From contig NC_068982.1 of assembly GCF_001194135.2 (NCBI RefSeq), positions 145,060,303-145,124,302 of the forward strand: a DNA stretch of 64,000 bases. Direction: 5' to 3'. A program made the position numbers and the translations under genes. This DNA comes from Octopus bimaculoides (Eukaryota). How positions within the stretch are numbered: position 1 is the first letter of the stretch; every line of letters starts with the position of its first letter. The notes under the pieces were generated by a model that had not been told where the DNA came from, searched no databases, and saw only the letters and a program-made list of their open reading frames with translations. Of the stretch, positions 14,038 through 27,584 are shown piece by piece.

Positions 14038-14440
14038 GGCGTAGGAGTGGCTGTGTGGTAAGTAGCTTGCTTACGAACCACATGGTTCCGGGTTCAGTCC
14101 CACTGCGTGACACCTTGGGCAAGTGTCTTCTACTAGAGCCTCGGACCGACCAAAGCCTTGTGAGTAGATTTGGTAGACGGAAACTGAAAGAAGCCCGTCG
14201 TATATATGTATATATATATATGTATGTGTGTGTTTGTATGTGTTTGTGTGTCTGTGTTTGTCTCCCCAACATCGCTTGACAACCGATGCTGGTGTGTTTA
14301 CGTCCCCGTAACGTAGCTCTCGGCAAAAGTGACCGATAAAATAAGTACTAGGCTTACATAGAATAATTCCTGGGGTCGATTTGCTCGACTAATGGCGGTG
14401 CTCCAACATGGCCACAGTCAAATGACTGAAATAAGTAAAA
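14038..14440 (+). mobile_element. Full-length tRNA-derived SINE (family 1)
   Basis: GGCGTAGGAGTGGCTGTGTGGTAAG (A box), GGGTTCAGTCCC (B box), CACCTTGGGCAAGTGTCTT body, internal (TA)(TG)n, and a tail ending GACTGAAATAAGTAAAA followed by (GA)n. Confidence 0.92.
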
Positions 14441-14675
14441 GAGAGAGAGAGAGAGAGAGAGAGTACATCAATCTGGCTGGCTTCGGCATAGTTCCCATAA
14501 ACCCAATGCTGCTCTCAAAATATTTGAATCGACGCATGATTCTTTCAGTAAGGGTCTTGTTGAAGGTGCTACGCAGTGATATTGAACCTGGTAGTGATTC
14601 TGGCATCACGTGGTTGCATAGGAATCGCCTTTGCTTGCCCCACGATTCTATTCCTAAGGTTTCCAACAGTTTTAA

Positions 14676-14969
14676 CCCATTACCTCCCATAATTCTATTA
14701 ACTGGAATTTTTTTATGAAACTTTGATTTCTAGCATAAAGCAGCCTTAGAAACACGCTGGAATGATCAAAATAACATTTCAAAATAACATTTTAAATAGA
14801 AATAAGCGAGATATTGGGTGAAAAATTAGCAAACCGCATTTGAATATCAGAGAAATATACCTAGTAGATATAGCAAAAAGGTTAGATATATGTAAATATT
14901 GACAGATAATTACGAAATTTATAATTTTTAAGTTATCTCATATGAGATCACTGGTAGGTAATGAATGGG
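14676..14969. mobile_element. piggyBac-like MITE
   Basis: ttaa-CCCATTACCTCCCA ... TGGTAGGTAATGAATGGG-tcaa: imperfect TIRs with a TTAA/TCAA target. Confidence 0.55.
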
Positions 14970-17139
14970 TCAAGAAGAAATGAATGATGATTTTCCTGTT
15001 TATTCTTAATACTTTCCGGATGATTTGAACGCAAATATGTTCATCGTATTAAAACAATATGCAAATCATCGCTTCATATCTTGCTGTATACAGTGAAAAT
15101 AACGGTTTGTTAGTCAAAGCTTGCAACAAAATCTGGTCACAAAACCTCTCAAAGCTGGCGACCAGAACACTCTCGCTGTTGATTCAAGAAGAGGAGACAT
15201 TTGATAATGCGGTCCTAGATGCACTATGTCTGGTACGAAAACTAGAGACATATTTGGAATGCCTTTCAGAGCAGAAATCTACCTGACAAGGTCTGACTTC
15301 GGGATCAAATAATCGACTGCTATTTGTTAACCTTTATACATAAAATGGCTCTCTCTCCCCACCTCTCTCTTTAGCTCGATTCCTCTTTACTCTTGGATAT
15401 TTTAAACTCTTTCTTTCCCCTTTTCTCATTTTCTTTTCTCACTGTTTTTTAAAAATTCGATCTACACGCTTCTACAGAGGCAAAACTTATGCACACACAT
15501 GCATATAACGTTCTCACACAGTCTCTCTCACAAACACACTCACTCACGAGTGCTCTCATACACACACACATTTATTCATATACGCACTAACTTATGCACA
15601 TCCACTTATAGTTACACGCATAACAAGCTATACGCACAGTTGTTGTTTAACGTTAGGTTAGCTCCGACCAAATAGACCTATGATCACAGACTTTCCAACC
15701 ATGATCATTCTGTCCTTTTCTAATGCATGCTACTTGTTAGATCAACAACCACACCATCTAATGAATCCTTCATGTTTTTATAGACGGGATAGTGTAATGA
15801 GAGACAAATCTGAGTTGTTATTTTTAAGCCGGTCGAGCTACCAGGCTACCAGGTTAACAGAATCTCAAAGGACAGTTCTTTTGTTATTGTTTGTTATAGT
15901 CATTTTATGTATAAAGGTTAACAAATAACAGTCAATTATTTGACAGTTCTTTTGTTATTGGTCACTGCTAACTAAACGGACTATGTTCAAAAACATTTCA
16001 GCAGCTATTATCCTGTTTTTTTGCCCTATGTATAGTGAAGCCTGGTATGCATTATGTAAAAAGGCCTTCTTTAAAACTTTGGGATGCGGTTTGAGAGAGA
16101 TTTAGGATACTATATGTAACAAGTCGAGTGATCACAAACATTCTCACTTTCTCATTAAACTGTTTTCTAACGTGGTAAAATCCAGAATCCGAGGAAACTA
16201 ATGGAGGTCTATGTCGGCAACAATAAATCAAAAGCGAGTTTATTGAATGTCGAATAAATTCAAATGCCATGAGTAGAGAGTCTGACATTTCGATCTCTTG
16301 CCCTTCAACAGAGTGTTGTTGAAGAAAACGAAGGAGCTTTTAGCTTTGTTGGCGAGACAGGAAGTGATCGATGTTACTTTTGTTTTTCTCTTTCTTTTTC
16401 TCTCTCAATGATTCAGTCTTTCTTGAAGTATACAATCTCTTCTGTTGGCCATTTCCTCTCTCTCTGTTCGTGTACATTTGTTACTTACGCACTCATATAT
16501 ATATATATATGTACACACACATATATATATATATACATTATACACATAGTTATGTGTGTATGTATGTATGCATGCACGCACGTATGCATGTATGTATGAT
16601 TATATGTATGTATGTATGTATGTATTTATCTTATTCAGTTTATTTCAAGATTTGTTGCCAGTAGAGAAAGAGCCAGTTTCTAACCTAGATCCAAGGCTTC
16701 ACTGGAATCTCAGCATCAACATGGTATTTCTATATGTATGTGTGTATATGTGCAGTATTTGGAGTCTGTGCATGTGTATATTTGTGTTTTGTTCTACGTA
16801 CATATTCTCATGGATAATTATATGCATGTTTAGAGATACGCATATATACTCAAATTTGGCAAATTTGCTGTAAAGAAACTATATATACTTCTGGAATGTT
16901 TTACAAATTTTTACAGTTACATTCATGGCTTGAATCTGTAATCTTCGAATTAACTTTCTTTTTCTAATTTATCAAGATTGGCATTTAGGGTGCGTGTTAC
17001 ATATCCCAGTGCCCCAATAATTACAAGTATAAACCTGAATTTGTAATCCGGGTAGAGTAACAGTAAGTTTCTCAATAGTTCAGCGTAGTTGTTCTCTTTT
17101 TCACACGACTTTTTCACACACTATGATGTACCGTGACAT

Positions 17140-17500
17140 TGCTGCATACACAAAAATCTTAGACTGCATCCAGAAAACAGCCATCCGACTGATAGGTATA
17201 TAAAGTCATTCGCAGTCATACTTCAGTTCTGGTCAAAGTGAAACTGTTTTCTGGTTTTGGTTTTTCAATCTACACAATAATAGCCTTTACTTTTCCTAGT
17301 TAGCTGGACCATACCATATCTACCTTGGCATTCACGACCCATTCGTTTACCTCTTCTCATCATCCTTGTTATGTTCAACTCCAGGCTCCGCACTAATCAC
17401 GCTACCCAGTTATCTCTTTGCAGAACGTTAGCCCTCTAGAATTCTCTATTTGTTTATTTTTTTCCTGCAGTATTTAACATCCAAAGACACAAGATGAACA
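17140..17500 (+). mobile_element. Degraded LINE 3' remnant (L2/Jockey-like C-terminus)
   Basis: Translated fragments ILDCIQKTAIRLIG and RTLAL*NSL...FPAVFNIQ resemble the LDRIQxRAIRLI / PRTxxLWNxLP motifs. Confidence 0.45.
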
Positions 17501-18777
17501 TCGCATATGTTATGCCAATAATGTTCTGCTAGAAAATTAATGTTTCTCGCGGACTACGAAAGTCATGGGCACTGTTCCTCTTCATGAAGACATAATAAAC
17601 AAACAAAAGAATTAAAAAAGTGTTCGATAGGTTTCCACACAACTTTCGTCAACCTAATTTCACTGAACATACACCATACATACCAGCTGCTTTGGGTATT
17701 CAATAAACAACACTCTCGGAGGAAATACTACAAGATGGATATACAATTGTGATGATAAAGGAGCAGACGGCCACACACACACACACGCACACGCACACAC
17801 GCACAAACACACTTACACATACAAATACACATACGCATACACAAAGCTACACACAAAGTAGGCTTTGGTTCATACGAATATTATTTATTTCTGTGTCTCT
17901 TTTCCCCGCTCTCTATCTCTCCGACTCTTTCTCAGACATATACACATGCCCATCCACACATACATTATCTCTTACTTTCCTACTAATAATTCCTATTAGA
18001 AATATACCGTATGAGGTTAGCTGTGTATACTTTCATACTAATAAGCATAAACCTAAACTACACGCATACATATATATGTTTATGTGCACCACAAATACAC
18101 TCCTACGCAAAAACATGAGCATATGCATACTTATATACGAGATATGCACAAACATACAGACATATATACTTATATAAATATATACATACATACAAACATA
18201 CATACAGACATACATACCTATATACATATACGCACAAGCATGCATACAGTGCATATACATTCATAGAAACATACGGCGCACATACACAGGTATGAGCAAA
18301 CATGTGTATATTCGTACTTTCTTTCTTTCTTTTTCTTCTTTCACATTCCGCCCACTTTTCTACCTTCTCTCTTCCCGACTTCCTGTACCCTTTCTCACTT
18401 TTCCATTTACAGCACAACCTCTTCCTGTGTATCCGCATCAGGTTCTCTTCGCATTTTATAATTGCTGATTAGATTTTGCTAAAACTTTCAACGAGGAAAG
18501 AGAACAAAGAAACATATATTCATTTCTATTCCAGAGCAAACAATAAGCAAAAACATTTCAAGACAAACAGCTGTTCTAAGTTAACATCTCATATCCTCCG
18601 AGGAAATTTTTCTTCAGAAAATGCAGCGGAAAAATAATGTGAGCATTTGAAACTACATATTTTATAATGATTTGATGAATTTATGCGAAAAGAAAATAAA
18701 CAAATGATATACGTGCATGTGTATGGATGTACATACCCACGCGCGCGCGTGTATATATATATATGTATGTATCTATG

Positions 18778-18817
<40 letters not shown>

Positions 18818-18997
18818 AGTGTGTGTGTGTAATGTAGACACAGCAGGTATTAAGACGTATATGGCAAATTTGCTGTAAAGAAACTACAGTTTATAACACC
18901 TTGTGAAAAATAAATAAATACAAATAAATCTTGTTACTGTTTCTCAGAGACACAGGTACGTTTCATGACTTGACTATTGCATACATTCTTAATATTC

Positions 18998-19101
18998 TTT
19001 TCTACTCTAGGCACAAGGTCCGAATTTTTTTTGGGAGGGGGCCAGTCGTAACTGGTACGTAATTTATCGACCCGAAAGGATGACAGGCAAAGTCGACCTC
19101 G
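18998..19101 (-). mobile_element. 5'-truncated SINE (family 2) with 19-bp TSD
   Basis: Reverse complement of the GCCGAGGTCGACTTTGCC...TAGAGTAGAAAAG tail, flanked by GCATACATTCTTAATATTC at 18979-97 and 19102-20. Confidence 0.85.
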
Positions 19102-19133
19102 GCATACATTCTTAATATTCATAATTTTACTAA

Positions 19134-19351
19134 AGCTGTGAGCTGGCAGAAATGCTAATACGCAGTGCAAAATGCTTAGCGGTATTTCTTCTGTCTTTAC
19201 GTTCTAAGTTCAAATCCCACTTGGTTAATTTTGCCTTTTATCCTTTCGGAGGTCGATAAATTAAGTACCAGTTGCGTACTGGGGTCGATCTAATCGACTA
19301 GCACCCTCCTCGAAAATTTTGGGTCTTTTGCCTAGAGTAGAAAAGAATATT
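19134..19351 (+). mobile_element. SINE family 2
   Basis: GTGAGCTGGCAGAAATG...AATGCTTAGCGGTATTTC...TTCTAAGTTCAAATCCC...GGGGTCGATCTAATCGAC...AGAGTAGAAAAGAATATT. Confidence 0.9.
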
Positions 19352-20298
19352 CTTAATTCTTCTACTCACTAACAGAACTCAAGATCAATCACTATTTAAA
19401 CGAAATACAAACTAGAAATTTGCTCGCATAACTAGACTAATTAGCCTATCGCGTGTTTGTCGGTGGCTCAAATAAAAGAGTTATATATATTTTTGGCACA
19501 AACAGTGCTTGTTAGAAAATTCTATGGAAAATTTAATTGTTAGAATTATAGCTCATAAGTCTCTTGTTATTTTCTTCTCACATAGAAAAGTGCAGAGATT
19601 ATTCTTTAATGTTTAATGTTTGTTTCATATCTTTCCAGAGGGTAGGCACCCTTACTTTCTGTGCTCAAATGTATTTAAAAGCAACTCCTATTTAAATTGA
19701 GCAGAAATTAGAACCTAGCTGAAACTACAAGACAAAATTTCATAACATGCATTTTTGGCAGTGTGATTAAATAAGTAGCAAATATTTTATGCTCATACAT
19801 TGTTTATTACAAAAGCGTTTTACACATGTACACATCTGGTATATTCTTGTGATTCTTCAGATGTTATGGACAAGAATGTAAATGATAGCTGAAGGTGATA
19901 TCAGCAGGTCTGTTCTCATCACTTAAACCGGTCACATGATCATATGATCACATGATCATGCAGTTTACTCGGCTATTATTGTTGGGTTATTGTGGTGTAG
20001 TTTATCACTGACAGGGTAAATTATTAACCAGAACTGGCTAAAGAAAATTTTTTATTAGGTTTTTCACGGAATTTCGTTGAAGAATCTAAGCCATAAGTTA
20101 ACGAATGACAGGACTTTATGCTTTGTCTAACTGAAAAGTCCCAGTCTTGAAACAACGTTAAGCGTCTCTTTACCCTGCAATCAGAAATGTTCTACGGCTG
20201 CAACTATTCAGAGAACGTTCCACATGGACAGATTCTAGACATCCGAATACTACAATTCCAGTAACAGGAATGTACGCGGAGCAACTCTCCTATGACTA

Positions 20299-20401
<103 letters not shown>

Positions 20402-20810
20402 ACACACATATGTATATATATGTATACATATATATACACACACACACATACACTGCTTGTAAATGTGTGAACATATACGTATACAAAAGCATATCTACCA
20501 AAATTAATACATAAGCATGCACTTACAGATACAAACACACACACACATACACACACACACACACACTCACATATACATAAAAGAGCAGAAATATTTAAGT
20601 AGAACGTTATTGATGTATTCATAGATTACATCATAGCGTAAACACGATGACGTGCGTAGATTCTAATTAATCCTATAATTAATCTTACTTTCTCTCTTTC
20701 TCCTTCTCTCTCTCCCCTCTTTCTCTCTCTCTCTGTCCCCTCTTTCTCTCTCTGTCCCCTCTTTCTCTCTCTGTCCCCTCTTTCTCTCTCTCCCCCCTTT
20801 CTCTCTCTCT

Positions 20811-20851
<41 letters not shown>

Positions 20852-21016
20852 CGTATTTATTTTATTTTTTATTCGTNNNNNNNNNNATATATATATATTT
20901 ACGTATTTATTTTATTTTTTATTCGTTGCAGCCACCCAGCTGCGGTATTATAGTAGGGTTGCAATTGCAACGGTTACTTATCGATGTAGTAGAAACATGT
21001 GTAGGCATATTTGAAG

Positions 21017-21060
<44 letters not shown>

Positions 21061-21547
21061 GAAGGAATAATCCTTATTATTATTATTATTGATATATATA
21101 TANNNNNNNNNNNNNNNNNNNNNNNNNNNNNNNNNNNNNNNNNNNNNNNNNNNNNNNNNNNNNNNNNNNNNNNNNNNNNNNNNNNNNNNNNNNNNNNNNN
21201 NNNNNNNNNNNNNNNNNNNNNNNNNNNNNNNNNNNNNNNNNNNNNNNNNNNNNNNNNNNNNNNNNNNNNNNNNNNNNNNNNNNNNNNNNNNNNNNNNNNN
21301 NNNNNNNNNNNNNNNNNNNNNNNNNNNNNNNNNNNNNNNNNNNNNNNNNNNNNNNNNNNNNNNNNNNNNNNNNNNNNNNNNNNNNNNNNNNNNNNNNNNN
21401 NNNNNNNNNNNNNNNNNNNNNNNNNNNNNNNNNNNNNNNNNNNNNNNNNNNNNNNNNNNNNNNNNNNNNNNNNNNNNNNNNNNNNNNNNNNNNNNNNNNN
21501 NNNNNNNNNNNNNNNNNNNNNNNNNNNNNNNNNNNNNNNNNNNNNNN

Positions 21548-21597
<50 letters not shown>

Positions 21598-21955
21598 GCG
21601 CATAGGCGTTCAGGTGTAACGAAAACCTTTATTAAGTGAAGAGAAAAAATATACATAAATTATGTGTATATCTATTCTTAACACTTTCCGACGACTGAAA
21701 AGCTTTAACATGGTTTTCCGCTAGTGGATGTTCACGTTTGAGTTTGCCGGAACGAACGGATATGCACCTAGTTGTTTTGATCATTGCAGTTTCACGCTCC
21801 AATGATAATTAGATATATATCAACTAGTGTATAGTATATAATAAATATAGCCATTAATATTTATTACAATTTTTTTTTATTTTACGTCCTTCAGTCATTT
21901 AATTGCTGCCATTTTAGTCGATGAAATCGAGTTCACTGATTATTTTAAGTCTGAG

Positions 21956-22390
21956 AGGCGGTGATCTGGCAGAAATGTTAGCACGCCAGACGAAGTGCTT
22001 AGCAACACTTCACCCGTTGCTACGTTCTGAGTTCAAATTCCACCGAAGTCGACTTTGCCTTTCATCCTTTCGGGGTCGATAAATTAAGTACCACTTACGC
22101 ACTGGGGTCGATGTAATCGACTTAATCCCTTTGTCTGTCCTTGTTTGTCCCCTCTATGTTTAGCCCCTTGTTGGCAATAAAGAAATAAGAAACGTTAGCA
22201 CGCCGGACGAAGTGCTTACGGTATTTCGCTCGTTGCTACGCTCTGAGTTCAAATTCCACCGAGGTCGACTTTGCTTTTTATCTTTTCAGGATCGATAAAT
22301 GAAGTACCGTTTGCGTACTGGGGTCGATAAAATCGGCTGGCCCTCTCCCTCAAAATTTCAGGCCTCGTATCTAGAGTAGAAAGGGTTATT
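21956..22390 (+). mobile_element. Head-to-tail dimer of SINE family 2 with two different tails
   Basis: Copy 1 (21956-22189) ends TAATCCCTTTGTCTGTCC...GCAATAAAGAAATAAG. Copy 2 (22190-22390) ends CCCTCTCCCTCAAAATTTCAGGCC...AGAGTAGAAAGG. Confidence 0.88.
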
Positions 22391-22559
22391 TTAAGTCTGA
22401 TATCTATTCTATCGGTCTCTTTTCTGACGAAGCTCGGGGAAGTAATCAAATACACTTTATCTATCCATGAGAAGCAGACACAATAACCGATAGCCAGACA
22501 GATAGGCAAACACACATACATACACACATCCCTACTGCTTTTAAAAAGGATCTGGAGAA

Positions 22560-22790
22560 GAAATACTCAGAACAAAAGTAAATTGCAATAGTTTATTTAG
22601 GCCGGTCCAGTGGCGTGATACCATTTGAAATGCTTAAGTAACGAGGTGCAACGGTTTCTTGAGAAAAGGCAAACTGTCCCAGATTTATATGCGTGAAGAA
22701 GTGTTTGCACACCATAGAAACTCCAGAGAAAGAAACGACCGAGCTGGGTGACCGTGAGTATGCACCATCGAAAAGGTTCAATAAGGCCGG
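22560..22790 (-). mobile_element. Possible Ty3/Gypsy RT remnant
   Basis: Minus translation ...THINLGQFAFSQETVAPRYLSISNGITPLDRPK resembles the Gypsy RT palm/thumb segment (INxxKCxFxxxEVxYLGHxISxxGIxPxPxK). Confidence 0.4.
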
Positions 22791-22892
22791 AATGCATCGT
22801 TCACTTCAGCCTGTGTTTATTAAATGATACACAAGGTGGAGGATTATTCAGTTGATTCTACGGAAAAGCACACTTCAAATATATATATGTAC

Positions 22893-22942
<50 letters not shown>

Positions 22943-23266
22943 NNNNNNNNNNNNNNNNNNNNNNNNNNNNNNNNNNNNNNNNNNNNNNNNNNNNNNNNNN
23001 NNNNNNNNNNNNNNNNNNNNNNNNNNNNNNNNNNNNNNNNNNNNNNNNNNNNNNNNNNNNNNNNNNNNNNNNNNNNNNNNNNNNNNNNNNNNNNNNNNNN
23101 NNNNNNNNNNNNNNNNNNNNNNNNNNNNNNNNNNNNNNNNNNNNNNNNNNNNNNNNNNNNNNNNNNNNNNNNNNNNNNNNNNNNNNNNNNNNNNNNNNNN
23201 NNNNNNNNNNNNNNNNNNNNNNNNNNNNNNNNNNNNNNNNNNNNNNNNNNNNNNNNNNNNNNNNNN

Positions 23267-23303
<37 letters not shown>

Positions 23304-23494
23304 TTGTATATATATATATACACACACACACATATATATATATATACATATGTATACATATATATATATTTGTATATGTATATATATATGCATGTGTGTA
23401 TGGATGTATTTATTTGTATCTGAGTGTGGTGAAACGTGTATGTGAATGCCTGTATACACACACACACATATACATACATGCATACACACACATC

Positions 23495-23800
23495 ACCTCA
23501 CACAAACTTTCCCCCCCTGCCAAATTCACTCACAAGGCGTTGGTTTGCTAGATGTACAGATAACACTTGCTGACGATGCTACGCAGTGGGACTGAACTAG
23601 AAACCTCGTGGTTACGAGCTAAGGGGCATAGGGCCAGTCTCCTAATCTCTCTGGTGTATATATTCCATCCGTCGCAGGGATACTCATACTCATACTGGTT
23701 TTGAGCAGTGGGAAATGAAGTGTTTTGCTCAAGAACACAACGCACTACTCGGTCCAGGAACCGAACCCGCAATTTTACGATTAACCATTAAGCCATGAGC
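23495..23800 (-). mobile_element. Two degraded SINE 5' fragments
   Basis: CAAATTCACTCACAAGGC...CTACGCAGTGGGACTGAAC (family 1 head, reverse) and GTTTTGCTCAAGAACACAACGCA...GGAACCGAACCC. Confidence 0.65.
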
Positions 23801-23829
23801 CTCCACTTACATGTGTATATGCTGAGACC

Positions 23830-24122
23830 ACCTTCAGTCATGACTGACTATGGGATTGCACCTAGAAAGTTACCCTTTCAGACACAAGTCCGGGCAAGGT
23901 TGTTTATGGAAGACCAGCAGTCGCCCATACATACCAGCCTCCCTTCTCCACGCCACCAGTGTTATCTAAGGGAAAGGCAAAGGCCGATACAGCTTGGCAC
24001 CTGTGACGTTGCAATTCATTTCTACAGTCTTGCACAAGAACACAACACGCAGCCCGGTCCGGGATTCGAACTCACAACCTCACGATCGTAAGCTCGAAGT
24101 TCTAACCACTGAGCCATGCGCC
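23830..24122 (-). mobile_element. tRNA-derived SINE (family 4)
   Basis: Reverse complement begins GGCGCATGGCTCAGTGGTTAGAAC (A box) ... GAGTTCGAATCCCGG (B box). The body differs from families 1-3. Confidence 0.85.
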
Positions 24123-24702
24123 TAACCAATGAGCATACATGTGTATATGCTCATATCAAATATGTATCAGTATGGAGGAGATACAAGAGAATCCACTTAA
24201 CATTATGAATGCATTTGAGATCTCTCAAACTTTAACGGTTGATTTCATCCATAATACTAAACCACATTCAATCAGTAACTTGTGGCTCATCCTCACAAGC
24301 TGGTTTCATTTGTAGAATACACCAGCATCTAATATCTTTACTATATTCAATCGTAGTCACGCTGTCGTTGAAATTTTTAATTATTTTCGTCCTTGGCCAT
24401 CCTTACACATTAATTTTAGATTAGTTCATGTTTTTCTCAATTATGGCTGCATTCTAGTTGGTTTAGGTTTAACAATTATTTTTATATATGTGCATGTCCA
24501 ACAGTTGAGTGCCATTGTAAATGATGTATTTCATGTTCATTCTCTTCCATGATTATTTACACGGTAAATTTTCTTTATGCATTCATATGCGTGTTGAATT
24601 TAATATGCTTTAGTCTATTCTCGTATTTCACATAATTATCTGTATTTACGCATGTTTCTGTTTACCTGTTTATCTGTCTCCAGGTCTGTTTGCCTGCGTG
24701 CG

Positions 24703-24776
<74 letters not shown>

Positions 24777-25481
24777 AACACACACGCATACACACACACA
24801 CTCATAGACACACACATGTATATATATGTATATTCATACGTGTATATGTCTGTAATTGTATATATATATTTACATAGATGTATATGTGAATATATTTTTG
24901 TGTGTATATGTTTATATTTATTTATATACATTTATATATAGCTATGTAAGTTTCTACGTTTATATTTGTAGTGTGTATGTGTGTGTATGTGTATGTGTCT
25001 TTGTGTGTGTTTGTATGTACATATATATATATATGCACATAATTTCTTATAGATATTCATAGAAATGACAGGTTCAAGCGAACATTGTCAGGCTACAGAA
25101 AATAATATTCAAAGCAAGAAGTCTGAGAGTCAAAATATAAACCCATAACCGTCAAAATACATCTTGACTCCCTCGAGGGGTTCGTCAGGGATTGGGGAAA
25201 TGGCGTCAATCAGCTAGATGAGACGACAGTGACATATATGTAAAGGACAGAATGAGGCACTAATTGCAGGGTGAGCTGGCCGGAAAGGTGGTGACATAAA
25301 CAGTGACAAAGATGGCAGAAATGGTGAAATAATTTAGAGATGCTAATTGTTGTGGTGATGTACAAATAGTGCGTGTGGATGGCGTATGTGTGTAACTGTA
25401 TGTCTGTCTCTCTGTGTGTATATGTGTGTGAATATGTGTGTTGTGTATGTGTGTGTGTGTGTATGATATTTGTTATCAGTG

Positions 25482-25700
25482 AGGCAGTGGGATGCCAGAA
25501 TCGTTAGCACTCCGGGAAAAATGCTTAACGGCATTTCATTCGTCTTTTACGTTCTGAGTTCCAGTTCTGTCAAGATTGACTTTGCTTTTCATTCTTTCGG
25601 GGTCGATGAAATAAGTACCAGTTGATCACTGGCGTCGATGTCATCGAGTAACGCCCCTCCTCCGAAATTGCTGGCATTGTGCCAAAATTTGAAACTGATA
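25482..25700 (+). mobile_element. SINE family 2
   Basis: AGGCAGTGGGATGCCAGAATCGTTAGCAC...TTCTGAGTTCC...GGGGTCGATGAAATAAGTACC...GTGCCAAAATTTGAAAC. Confidence 0.85.
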
Positions 25701-26704
25701 TTTGTCATCAGTAGTGACTGGTTACTTCGAAATTTTACCTGTACTAACATCTCACGCTAGTTTATTTCGAGAAGCGAGGAGTAACAAAACATCGAAGTAA
25801 ATAGACACAGTTCATAAAAGATATTATTTTCATATTGCAACCAATATTGAATAGTTTCATCAGTAAATATCAGTTGATATTTATCACTTACAACCTTAAG
25901 ATTTTTACAGACGCACGCACGTACATTCACACACACACACACACACAGACACACACACACACACACACACACACANNNNNNNNNNNNNNNNNNNNNNNNN
26001 NNNNNNNNNNNNNNNNNNNNNNNNNNNNNNNNNNNNNNNNNNNNNNNNNNNNNNNNNNNNNNNNNNNNNNNNNNNNNNNNNNNNNNNNNNNNNNNNNNNN
26101 NNNNNNNNNNNNNNNNNNNNNNNNNNNNNNNNNNNNNNNNNNNNNNNNNNNNNNNNNNNNNNNNNNNNNNNNNNNNNNNNNNNNNNNNNNNNNNNNNNNN
26201 NNNNNNNNNNNNNNNNNNNNNNNNNNNNNNNNNNNNNNNNNNNNNNNNNNNNNNNNNNNNNNNNNNNNNNATATATATATATATACTACATACGTTTACC
26301 GATTGCCTGCCAATGATTTGCTTTCAATAAGAAAGCCATTAGGCTCGAATGTATAATTCTTTTCCACAAAGAAAATATTTCTTCAGTACTTAGCTGTTTT
26401 GAGATCTCTAAAATTGTACTATAATGTATAATGTATGTTTGAATTATACCAGCCATTTACATCTTAATGTATCTCGTATATATACATAGACAGACACAGC
26501 CACAACTCAGACATATGTAATGTATACACACACACACATACACAATTATTCACACATACATATGTACACACACATACACACACATACATATGTACACACA
26601 CATATAGATATGTGGTAAAATAAAAAGGTTTTAGTAAATAGTAATTTACATTGGTAAAAATATTTTGAAATTTATTTGTATTTCAGATGTAAACTCTATC
26701 GAGT

Positions 26705-26890
26705 CTGTTACCTTTTGTCTGTTACTTGTTTCCGTCATTGGACTGCAGCCATGTTGGGAAAATACTTTGAAGATTTTAGTAGAACAGATCAACCCCAGTT
26801 TTTATTCTATCAGTCTGAGAGCACTTTCATAAGATGTTGGTGCACCGAGCTGGCTGAAAATCTAGGTTCAAATACCGGTTACATTAATTT
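26705..26890 (-). mobile_element. SINE family 1 3' fragment
   Basis: TTACTTGTTTCCGTCATTGGACTGCAGCCATG...GAACAGATCAACCCCAG matches the 8540-8640 tail. Confidence 0.7.
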
Positions 26891-27244
26891 ATATTACTTG
26901 TCCAGAACTACCAGATGCTTCTCTCACGACCTCTATTGATGGCTACCTCTGATCACGGAATGAACAGGTGCTGACTATCTAGACTCGTGGTAAAAATGTT
27001 TCAGCCATAACAATCTCATCCTTAAATTCAGAGAAATGTATCCAAAAATTGTTTTAGCCAGAGAAGCAGCGAGGACAGAGAGGATTAATTTTGGAAACAT
27101 AGTGAAGGGCCAATACTACATAAATCTTATAGTAAACAGGACATAGAGCATATCTGTCATCGCGATGAAGGTCAGAAGAAGAGGGAGCAAAAGAAGAGAA
27201 ATAACAACGATGGTAATGATGATGATGATCATCATAATAATAAT

Positions 27245-27435
27245 CCTTCTTACTAAAGGCACTAGGTCTAAAATTTTGGGGGAGGGGACCAAAGTGCTTC
27301 ATTGGTACTTAATTTATCGACCCCGAAAAGACGAAAGGCAAAGCGGAACTCGGCAGAACTTGAACTCAAAACGTAAAGGATGAAATGCCGCTAAGCATTT
27401 TTCCCGGCGTGCTAACGATTCTTCGAGCGCGCGGC
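27245..27435 (-). mobile_element. SINE family 2 embedded in an (AAT)n tract
   Basis: Reverse complement of family 2 (AATCGTTAGCACGCCGGGAAAAATGCTTAGCGGCATTTC...GGGGTCGATAAATTAAGTACC). Confidence 0.85.
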
Positions 27436-27440
27436 TTTTG

Positions 27441-27498
<58 letters not shown>

Positions 27499-27530
27499 TA
27501 ATAATAATAATAATGATAATTTCTCTATTG

Positions 27531-27584
<54 letters not shown>

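Noticed and set aside
15059-15286. 75-aa protein-like ORF
   Set aside because: No recognisable domain or splice context, and its 3' part overlaps a dispersed repeat in reverse orientation.
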